Assembly: GCA_044358425.1 (NCBI GenBank)
Contig: CP054849.1
Coordinates: 234,099 to 244,565 of the forward strand
Length of the DNA stretch: 10,467 bases
Origin: Marine Group I thaumarchaeote
Lineage (GTDB): Archaea > Thermoproteota > Nitrososphaeria > Nitrososphaerales > Nitrosopumilaceae
Reading direction: 5' to 3'
Below, piece by piece: positions 1 to 6,430 of the stretch. Both the position numbers and the translations under genes were made by a program. Under the pieces are notes generated by a model. That model had not been told where the DNA came from and made no database searches. It was given only the letters and a program-made list of their open reading frames with translations. The stretch's first letter is position 1; the number at the start of each line of letters is the position of its first letter.

Positions 1-717
1 GGTAGATATATAGCATCTCGTGACGAGAGAGGTTCAAGATATTCCAGAGACGATAGAGGTTCAAGATATTCCAGAGATAATGACAGAGAAGAAACAACTG
101 TAACTTGTGCTGATTGTGGTGATCAATGCACTGTTCCATTTGTTCCAAGAAGCAATAAACCAGTTTACTGTCGTGATTGCTTTAGACAAAACAAACCAGA
201 TGATTCTGGTAGAGATAGACCATCTCGAGACGATAGGGGTTCAAGATATTCCAGAGACGATAGGGGTTCAAGATATTCCAGAGACGATAGAGGTTCAAGA
301 TATTCCAGAGACGATAGAGGTTCACGAAATTCTAGAGATACTTCTAGATCAAATAGGAGGAGTGAGAAAGTTTTGAGAAAACAAGAAAGTTTCTATTCTG
401 GTGGCTCTGCAAAATTCAATGAATCTCTACAGAAAAAATTATATGAAATTTTAGGTGGAAAAACCTGTTCTAGTTGTGGTTCCACTGACGAACGATCTTT
501 AGGCATTTGTGATGAAAACAATAATCAATTATCTACTGAAACTAGACGAGGTAGTAAAGCCGCATCTTGGGGTAAGTATATCTCTGCACCTGATATTGCT
601 AAAAAGGAACTCAAAATATTTTGTTCAAATTGTAATGATGCTGTTGAACCTGCCCCCAAACCACAAGAAGAGCGTCCAAGAAATAAATCTAAAAGAAGTA
701 AATATTTTCCTAGATGA
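1..717 (+). CDS. 5'-truncated CxxC-x17-CxxC zinc-ribbon protein with Arg/Asp/Ser-rich tandem repeats and a C-terminal HNH-like Cys4 domain
   Basis: My translation of frame 1 has no stop from base 1 to TGA 715-717: GRYIASRDERGSRYSRDDRGSRYSRDNDREETTVT-CADC-GDQCTVPFVPRSNKPVY-CRDC-FRQNKP... The Cys pairs (106-180) are exactly 17 residues apart and enclose the VPFxP...PVY signature of TIGR04272. The listed ORF 373..717 is only the in-frame tail. Confidence 0.92.
   Translation, partial: GRYIASRDERGSRYSRDDRGSRYSRDNDREETTVTCADCGDQCTVPFVPRSNKPVYCRDCFRQNKPDDSGRDRPSRDDRGSRYSRDDRGSRYSRDDRGSRYSRDDRGSRNSRDTSRSNRRSEKVLRKQESFYSGGSAKFNESLQKKLYEILGGKTCSSCGSTDERSLGICDENNNQLSTETRRGSKAASWGKYISAPDIAKKELKIFCSNCNDAVEPAPKPQEERPRNKSKRSKYFPR
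16..78 (+). repeat. 27-bp in-frame tandem repeat, array 1 (2 copies plus a partial; SRD(E/D)RGSRY)
   Basis: TCTCGTGACGAGAGAGGTTCAAGATAT (16-42), TCCAGAGACGATAGAGGTTCAAGATAT (43-69), partial TCCAGAGAT (70-78). Confidence 0.93.
223..339 (+). repeat. 27-bp in-frame tandem repeat, array 2 (4 copies plus a partial; SRDDRGSRY)
   Basis: Units at 223-249, 250-276, 277-303 and 304-330, with partial TCTAGAGAT at 331-339. Consensus TCCAGAGACGATAGRGGTTCAAGATAT. There are no spacers, and the variation is mostly synonymous in frame 1. Confidence 0.95.
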
Positions 718-725
718 TATTTAAT

Positions 726-1007
726 TCATTCTTTGGTAATTTCAATAACTGATTTAATCATTTTTGTATTTACTAAATTATGTTCTTGGTCTATTACTGA
801 TTGTATGAAATCTGCAAATTTTTCAACATTCTCCTCGTCTTTAAGTAAAACACTGTGAGCTGATTTATCCTTCAATGCAATAATCATTTCATTTTTTATG
901 ACGTTTAAAATTCCTGTAATGTATGTCTCTTTATCTTCTTTTATGAAAATAAGGCTCATTAATTTTTGAGCTTCATATTCATCATCACATGTGATATTGA
1001 TTTTCAT
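726..1007 (-). CDS. Hypothetical protein (93 aa), probably translationally coupled to trpS
   Basis: Its ATG overlaps the trpS stop as ATGA (1004-1007). It fills the gap to the convergent gene ending at 717. I recognise no motif. Confidence 0.8.
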   Translation of the reverse strand: MKINITCDDEYEAQKLMSLIFIKEDKETYITGILNVIKNEMIIALKDKSAHSVLLKDEENVEKFADFIQSVIDQEHNLVNTKMIKSVIEITKE

Positions 1008-2116
1008 TTATTTTCCAGAAGAAATTGTTCTATTTGCTTTTTTGCTTTTTCTCGTTTTTCTTGATGTATTTTAAGAAATTCATTAATTTTTTCAATTAAA
1101 ATTGCTTTTAATTCTCCTGAAAGTAATTTTCCTGATTTGTAATCTTCATAAATTTTCTTTAATTTAGTATCATCAGGCTCAAAAAATATTCTCAAATATT
1201 GATATGACACATCAATGTCTGGATTCCCTCCTAATTTTCTATGCTGTTCAATATCTGGCTGTCCTCCTGAAAATGCATATTTGTTGATCTTCTTTTTTAC
1301 AACATCTGGTGTGTCTGTTGTGTAAATTGTTCCTTTCTCTTCTGATGCTGACATTTTTCCACCAGGACCTGTTAATGCTGGAATCATAATGTTGTGAATT
1401 AATGCAGGTTTTTCCTTCCCAATTTTTTGTGCAATATCTCTTGTTAATCTGAAGTGTGGATCTTGGTCTACTCCTAATGGTATCAAAACTGGTTTATCTT
1501 CTATAAAACATGGAGCTGATTGTAATGATGTATAAAAAATCATTCCAATGTTTGTTTCATTTGTAAATCCAAAAGTTGCTTTTGTATTTGAAAAGTTAAT
1601 TTTTTTTGCTACTTGAGCTGCGATTGGATATAATGTTTGAATATTTTTTGTATTGATTATTATTTTTGTTTTTTCTGGATTGAAACCTAATGCTATGAAA
1701 TCTAATGCATTTTCATATGCAAATTTGTTTGTCTCCTCTAAAGTTAAATTTGTTTTTGAATAAAATTTTTCATCATCCGTTAATTGAAAATACAAATTTA
1801 CATCAAATTTTTCTTGTAACCACTTTGCAAATACCCATGGAACTAAATGTCCAATATGAGTATGTCCTGATGGCCCTCTTCCAGTATATAGAAAAAATCC
1901 CTTACCTTTTTGATGATCCTCGATGATTCTGTTCATTTCCCTATGTGAGAAGAAAATCCCTCTTCTTAGCATAAAGTGGTCTTCATTTGTAATATTCTTG
2001 ATTTTATCGAGTAATTCTGATGATATTTTTTCAGTACCAAATTTTTTAATTAATTTATCATAGTCGATATCACCCTCAACGTGCCAAGGGGTTACAATGA
2101 AATCATCAGCTGACAT
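1004..2116 (-). CDS. trpS: Tryptophan--tRNA ligase (archaeal/eukaryotic type)
   Basis: Class I motifs YTGRGPS..HIGH, GVDQDPHFRLTRD and KMSAS, with N-terminal VTPW...IDYDKLI and AFSGG. Confidence 0.98.
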   Translation of the reverse strand: MSADDFIVTPWHVEGDIDYDKLIKKFGTEKISSELLDKIKNITNEDHFMLRRGIFFSHREMNRIIEDHQKGKGFFLYTGRGPSGHTHIGHLVPWVFAKWLQEKFDVNLYFQLTDDEKFYSKTNLTLEETNKFAYENALDFIALGFNPEKTKIIINTKNIQTLYPIAAQVAKKINFSNTKATFGFTNETNIGMIFYTSLQSAPCFIEDKPVLIPLGVDQDPHFRLTRDIAQKIGKEKPALIHNIMIPALTGPGGKMSASEEKGTIYTTDTPDVVKKKINKYAFSGGQPDIEQHRKLGGNPDIDVSYQYLRIFFEPDDTKLKKIYEDYKSGKLLSGELKAILIEKINEFLKIHQEKREKAKKQIEQFLLENK

Positions 2117-2137
2117 TCAACTTGACTTAGGTTAAGG

Positions 2138-2156
2138 TTTAAAAAGTCTTTTTCGA
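2138..2156. promoter_or_regulatory. Putative shared bidirectional TATA box for trpS and pheS, with a BRE-like element on the minus strand
   Basis: TTTAAAAA at 2138-2145 lies in a 51-bp divergent gap, 22 nt from the pheS TTG and 21 nt from the trpS ATG. The minus strand reads CGAAAAAGAC-TTTTTAAA. Confidence 0.55.
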
Positions 2157-2167
2157 TCTTTGAACTA

Positions 2168-3556
2168 TTGTCACAAGTATTTCATGATATTGAAAAAAAA
2201 ATCATTAATTCATTAAAAGAAAATCCAATTCAGACTCCTGAAACACTTGAAAATTCAACTCAACTTTCACCTGATCAAATAAGACGTGGTATTGAATGGC
2301 TAAAATTAAAGGATTTAGCTATTGTGAATGAATCAAAATCAAGTGTAATAAGTTTAGGAAAAAATGGTTTAGACTCATTTGAAAAAGGATTACCTGAACG
2401 AAGATTATTGAATTTAGTTAAAAGTGGTCCTAAAAAATTATCTGAAATTCAAAAAGAATTGGGATTTGTTTTTGGCCCTGCAATTGGTTTATGTAGAAAA
2501 AATAATTGGATTGAAACTTCTTCTGATCAAATTATTCTTAAAACAATGCCATCTGAATTATCTGGTGAAAAATCTCTTCAATTAATTGGGACTAACAAAT
2601 TACCAAAAGAAGAAATTGATAAAGTTGATTTATCTGAACTTTTGAAACGACCTGATTTTGTTATTGAGGATGTAATTAAAAATAAAAAAATTAGCTTAAC
2701 ACAATCTGCTAAATCTTTAGATGTTTCAAATATTTCTGGAGCCATAGATGTTGAAGCTGAAGTCCCTGAAGTTTTTGTTGCAAGAACACATCCATTAAAA
2801 GATACTATTGATGAAATTCGTGAGATCTTTGTTACTTTGGGCTTTTCTGAAATTCTTGGAAACATGACTCAATCTAGTTTTTGGAATTTTGACGCTTTAT
2901 TCACTCCTCAAGATCATCCTGCAAGGGAATTACAGGATACTTTCTTTTTAGATGGAATCTCTGCAAAAAAAATTGCAAATCCAGAACAAATTAGAAAAGT
3001 TTCTGATTCTCATAAGAAAAATTGGAGGTATCAATGGGATGTTAATGAAGCTCGAAAAATGGTTTTAAGAACTCATACTACTTGCGTAACAATAAAACAT
3101 TTAGCTGAAAATAAACCCGATGAAGCACGAATTTTCTCTTTAGGTCGAGTATTTAGAAATGAAAAAGTAAGCTACAAACATCTTGTAGAATTTAATCAGA
3201 TAGAAGGAATTGTTGTAGGAAAAGACGCTAATTTAAGAAACTTAATGGGTATTCAAAGAGAATTCTATAAACGAATTGGGATTACTAAAATTAAGTTTTG
3301 GCCAACATTTTTTCCATATACTGAACCTTCCCTTCAAACAATGGTATACAATGAAAAATTAGGAAAATGGATTGAATTATTTGGAATGGGTATTTTTAGA
3401 CCAGAAGTTACAAAACCTCTTGGAATAACTAAACCTGTTTTAGCTTGGGGTGGTGGTATTGAAAGAATTGCCATGTTAAAATATGATTTAGATGATGTCA
3501 GAGAATTTTATAATAATAATTTAGGATGGTTAAGGAGTAATACAAAATGCCAGTAA
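2168..3556 (+). CDS. pheS: Phenylalanine--tRNA ligase alpha subunit (archaeal/eukaryotic type with N-terminal extension)
   Basis: Motifs FWNFDALFTPQDHPARELQDTF, LRTHTT, GRVFRNE..H..EF.QIEG, FFPYTEPS and GMGIFRPEV. TTG start. Confidence 0.98.
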   Translation: MSQVFHDIEKKIINSLKENPIQTPETLENSTQLSPDQIRRGIEWLKLKDLAIVNESKSSVISLGKNGLDSFEKGLPERRLLNLVKSGPKKLSEIQKELGFVFGPAIGLCRKNNWIETSSDQIILKTMPSELSGEKSLQLIGTNKLPKEEIDKVDLSELLKRPDFVIEDVIKNKKISLTQSAKSLDVSNISGAIDVEAEVPEVFVARTHPLKDTIDEIREIFVTLGFSEILGNMTQSSFWNFDALFTPQDHPARELQDTFFLDGISAKKIANPEQIRKVSDSHKKNWRYQWDVNEARKMVLRTHTTCVTIKHLAENKPDEARIFSLGRVFRNEKVSYKHLVEFNQIEGIVVGKDANLRNLMGIQREFYKRIGITKIKFWPTFFPYTEPSLQTMVYNEKLGKWIELFGMGIFRPEVTKPLGITKPVLAWGGGIERIAMLKYDLDDVREFYNNNLGWLRSNTKCQ

Positions 3557-5190
3557 TTGAATTATCTTACTCTCGTTTACAAAAGTTGATTGGTAAAGTA
3601 ACCAAAAAACAAATTTCTGATTCTTTACCATTTTTAGGTCTGGATATTGAATCTGAAGATAAGGATTTAGTTCGAATTGAATATAGTCCAAATCGTCCAG
3701 ATTATTCCACTGATTTTGGAATTGCTCTTGGTTTACAAGGTTTACTTGGAATTAAAACAGGTGCAATAAAATTAACTGTAAAAAAATCAAAAAATTATTC
3801 AATATCTGTTAAACCTGTTGTTTCAAAAATTCGACCATTTGTGACTGGAATAATTGCTAAAAATGGAAAAATTGATGATAAAACAATTAAACAATTAATG
3901 ACAATGCAAGAAGATCTTCATTTTGGTATTGGAAGAAAAAGAAAAAAATCTTCTATTGGAATACATGATTTGGATAAAATTTCTTTCCCCTTGACATATG
4001 CCACTGCAAGTAAAAATCATAAATTCATCCCATTAAATTCTGAAAAGGAACTTAGTATATCTGAAATAATTGCTGATACTGAAACAGGAAGAGATTATGG
4101 TCATCTCCTTGGCCAATCTTCTCAGGTTCCAATAATAATTGATTCAAATAAAAAAACTGTTTCTTTTCCTCCAATTATTAATGCAGGAATTACTACTGTA
4201 ACAACTAAAACAAAAAATCTTTTTGTTGAAGTAACTGGAATTAATAAGGCTGATGCTGAAGATATGTTATCAGTTGTTGCAACCATTTTACAAAGTGCAG
4301 GATTTAATTTAGAAAGTGTACAAATTTCTGGAGCAAAAAATTCCTCAGCTAAATTACAAGAAAGAAAAATATCGGTTGATTCGTCTTTGATTAATCAAAC
4401 TCTTGGTTTAGAACTCAATACTTCAAAAATTATTTCTTCATTAAAAAAATCTAGACTAAATGCAATTTTAAAAGGAAAAAAAATTATTTGTACCATTCCT
4501 GCATATAGATTTGATATATTTGGCCCAATGGATTTAGTTGAGGAAGTTGCTTTAGGTTATGGTATTCAGAATTTTGAACCTACTGTATCCCCCTCACAAA
4601 CAATTGGCCAAACTAATCCTGTATCTTTAAAATTAAAATCTCTAAATCAAACAATGATTGGTTTGGGATTTCTTGAGGCATTAAATTCTAGTTTAAGTAG
4701 TAAACGTGTCTTGTATGATATGACTAACAGAGATTCTAAAAATATTATCTCTGTCCTTGATTCTAAAAGTCAAGAACATACTATTTTGCGTGATTCAATA
4801 CTTCCTGGATTAATTGAAAATCTTTCAAGAAATATTCATGAATCTTATCCTCAAAAAATGTTTGAAACTGGTAATGTTTTCAATCTTGATAATCCAATTT
4901 CTGAAAAAATTAATCTTGCAGTAATTAGTGCTCATAGAGACGCAAATTTTACTGAAATTAAATCTGTTCTACAAACATTATTAAAAATTGGTTTTGGAAT
5001 TTCTACTCAAACAAAGACAGTTACAAATCCTATTTTCAAAGATGGACATTGTGCAAGTATTATTTTCAATGGAAATATCATTGGAATAATCGGAGAAATT
5101 GATTCAACTATTGTTGAAAATTATAAAATTCGTGTACCTGTTGTTGGATTTGAAATTTCATTATCTAAATCCATTCTCGCATCTCTTTAA
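3547..5190 (+). CDS. pheT: Phenylalanine--tRNA ligase beta subunit (archaeal type)
   Basis: MPVI start, PNRPD, QEDLH...GRKRKK.SIGIHDLD, SFPPIIN, R.DI....DLVEEVA..YG and LR.S.LPGL. Overlaps pheS by 10 nt. Confidence 0.97.
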   Translation: MPVIELSYSRLQKLIGKVTKKQISDSLPFLGLDIESEDKDLVRIEYSPNRPDYSTDFGIALGLQGLLGIKTGAIKLTVKKSKNYSISVKPVVSKIRPFVTGIIAKNGKIDDKTIKQLMTMQEDLHFGIGRKRKKSSIGIHDLDKISFPLTYATASKNHKFIPLNSEKELSISEIIADTETGRDYGHLLGQSSQVPIIIDSNKKTVSFPPIINAGITTVTTKTKNLFVEVTGINKADAEDMLSVVATILQSAGFNLESVQISGAKNSSAKLQERKISVDSSLINQTLGLELNTSKIISSLKKSRLNAILKGKKIICTIPAYRFDIFGPMDLVEEVALGYGIQNFEPTVSPSQTIGQTNPVSLKLKSLNQTMIGLGFLEALNSSLSSKRVLYDMTNRDSKNIISVLDSKSQEHTILRDSILPGLIENLSRNIHESYPQKMFETGNVFNLDNPISEKINLAVISAHRDANFTEIKSVLQTLLKIGFGISTQTKTVTNPIFKDGHCASIIFNGNIIGIIGEIDSTIVENYKIRVPVVGFEISLSKSILASL

Positions 5191-5421
5191 CATAGATATT
5201 ACAATCAATGTCATTCCAATGCCAAATAGAATAATGCCAATTGTAAATTCAATAAGGATTTTTTGAAAAATTTCTTTTTGGTCATTTTCTATTGTTATGT
5301 AATTATCATTTTCTAAATTGTTGAAATATTCAATTTGGGGATAATCAAAAACTATGACAAATGAACCTAAAATCAAAATTATTAATCCGATTAAAAAATT
5401 TCTTTGATTTCTAATTTCCAA
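5161..5421 (-). CDS. Small hypothetical membrane protein with two predicted TM helices
   Basis: Hydrophobic runs FLIGLIILILGSFVIVF and ILIEFTIGIILFGIGMTLIVISML flank a polar loop. TTG start. TTTATTAAAAAG lies upstream on the minus strand (~5446-5457). Its 3' end overlaps pheT by 30 nt. Confidence 0.75.
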   Translation of the reverse strand: MEIRNQRNFLIGLIILILGSFVIVFDYPQIEYFNNLENDNYITIENDQKEIFQKILIEFTIGIILFGIGMTLIVISMLKRCENGFR

Positions 5422-5496
5422 AAGTCCTTCACAAAAATTCTATTTCTTTTTAATAAATTTCTAATAGTTTTTAGTAGGTTTATCCAATGACTAATC

Positions 5497-5661
5497 GCCC
5501 AAGAGCAGGCACACAGACGGATTGGGATGACGCTGATCGTAACGATACCAATGATTTCTAATTCACCCAGGTGTGCTACATTATGGGCAACCCCGGTTTC
5601 AGAACGTGATGAGGCGTATGGCTATGTCCAATGAAATTTTGCGAGTCAGAACCGGGGAACA
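5497..5661 (+). ncRNA. Candidate structured ncRNA: two-hairpin H/ACA-like guide RNA with K-turn-like motifs
   Basis: 84/170 G+C over 5491-5660, against very AT-rich flanks. Hairpin 1 stems: GCCCA/UGGGC, GCACAC/GUGUGC and GGAUUGGGA/UUCUAAUUC. Hairpin 2 stems: CCCCGGUUU/GAACCGGGG, CGUGA/UUGCG and GGCGUA/UAUGUC, followed by ACA at 5659-5661. The G-U pairs work only on the + strand. Confidence 0.65.
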
Positions 5662-5710
5662 TTAAATTTCTCAAAAACCATTAAACGTTAGTAATTTGCA
5701 AAATACAATA

Positions 5711-6130
5711 ATGGTAAATTATTGGTTAGCAAAACAGGAACCAAGTGGACCTAGGGGATATAATTTTGAACAATTGAAAAAAGATAAAACTACTGTTTGG
5801 GATGGGGTTCATAATAATTTAGCATTAAAGCATATGAGAGAAATGAAATCTGGTGATTTAGTTTTATTTTATCATACTGGTGTTGAAAGACAAGCAGTTG
5901 GAATAATGCAAGTTACTTCAAAACCCTATTCTAATCCAAAAGAGGATGTTGAACGTTTTATTGTGGTTGATGTAAAATATAAAAAAACATTGAAACGACC
6001 AGTAACATTAACTGAAATAAAAAATAATAAAAAATTCAAAGACTGGGAATTAGTTAGAATCTCTAGGTTATCTGTAATGCCTGTTCCAAAACTTATTTGG
6101 GATGAGATTATTAAAATTTCGCAAGGCTAG
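5711..6130 (+). CDS. EVE domain-containing protein (PUA-like, Thy28/THYN1 family)
   Basis: Motifs YWLAKQEP, WDGVHN..A..HMREMK.GD.VLFYHTG, L.RPVTL.EIK and RLSVMPV. I prefer ATG 5711 over TTG 5696 because the family motif begins just after it and CATTAAAC (5679-5686) is ~24 nt upstream. Confidence 0.93.
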   Translation: MVNYWLAKQEPSGPRGYNFEQLKKDKTTVWDGVHNNLALKHMREMKSGDLVLFYHTGVERQAVGIMQVTSKPYSNPKEDVERFIVVDVKYKKTLKRPVTLTEIKNNKKFKDWELVRISRLSVMPVPKLIWDEIIKISQG

Positions 6131-6172
6131 TGTAATAGATTTATTGATATAGTAGAATTATCTAATTGAAAT

Positions 6173-6412
6173 ATGGCAACAGCTTATGTTTTAATAAACT
6201 GTGAACTAGGTTCTGAAGAAGCTATTATTGGGCAACTAAAGGGCTTAGAAGGTGTAAAAGAAGTTCATGGAACTTTTGGTGCATACGATATTTTGGCCAA
6301 GATTGAATCAGACACTGTTGAAAAACTGAGAGAAACAATTACCTGGAAAATCAGAAAAATTGAAAAGATTCGTTCTACACTTACCCTAATGGGTATTGAA
6401 GGCCAAACATAA
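6173..6412 (+). CDS. Stand-alone Lrp/AsnC ligand-binding (RAM) domain protein, no HTH
   Basis: AYVLINCELG.E..I...L..LEGVKEVHGTFGAYDILAKIE...IRKIEKIRSTLTL. 79 aa. TTTATTGA (6140-6147) lies 25 nt upstream. Confidence 0.92.
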   Translation: MATAYVLINCELGSEEAIIGQLKGLEGVKEVHGTFGAYDILAKIESDTVEKLRETITWKIRKIEKIRSTLTLMGIEGQT

Positions 6413-6418
6413 ACACCC

Positions 6419-6424
6419 TTTTTT
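6419..6424 (+). terminator. Possible oligo-T terminator after the Lrp/AsnC gene
   Basis: A T6 run starts 7 nt after the TAA. Archaeal intrinsic termination uses oligo-U, but such runs are common at this AT content. Confidence 0.3.
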
Positions 6425-6430
6425 CTAATC

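Noticed and set aside
16-339. 27-bp repeats as a CRISPR array
   Set aside because: The units are contiguous with no unique spacers, their length is a multiple of 3 with mostly synonymous variation inside an ORF, and no cas genes are present.
107-376. 89-aa ORF with ETIGVQDIP repeats
   Set aside because: It is a shifted frame of the real frame-1 gene, which carries the CxxC-x17-CxxC motif. The AGG/AGA variation is silent only in frame 1.
373-717. Independent 114-aa gene starting at TTG 373
   Set aside because: The frame is open to base 1, so this TTG is an internal Leu.
509-724. 71-aa alternative-frame ORF
   Set aside because: It overlaps the Cys4 domain in another frame and has no motif.
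1705-1926. 73-aa ORF on the + strand
   Set aside because: Antisense shadow inside trpS.
2578-2865. 95-aa ORF on the - strand
   Set aside because: Antisense shadow inside pheS, with the Ser/Ile-rich composition typical of shadows.
5487-5561. 24-aa micro-ORF MTNRPRAGTQTDWDDADRNDTNDF
   Set aside because: It is very short and ends mid-hairpin. The GC enrichment and pairing extend to 5657 and are better explained by RNA structure. It is not formally excluded without Ribo-seq.
5497-5661. GC-rich island as RNase P RNA, SRP RNA, 5S rRNA, tRNA or a standard C/D sRNA
   Set aside because: I found no GAGGAA(A/C)..CC P4 motif, no SRP helix-8 GGAA/AGCA motif and no cloverleaf on either strand. It is too short for RNase P or SRP RNA, and the C/D-like boxes lack the usual 10-12 nt guide spacing.
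5696-5710. TTG start for the EVE gene
   Set aside because: ATG 5711 fits the family N-terminus and the TATA spacing better.
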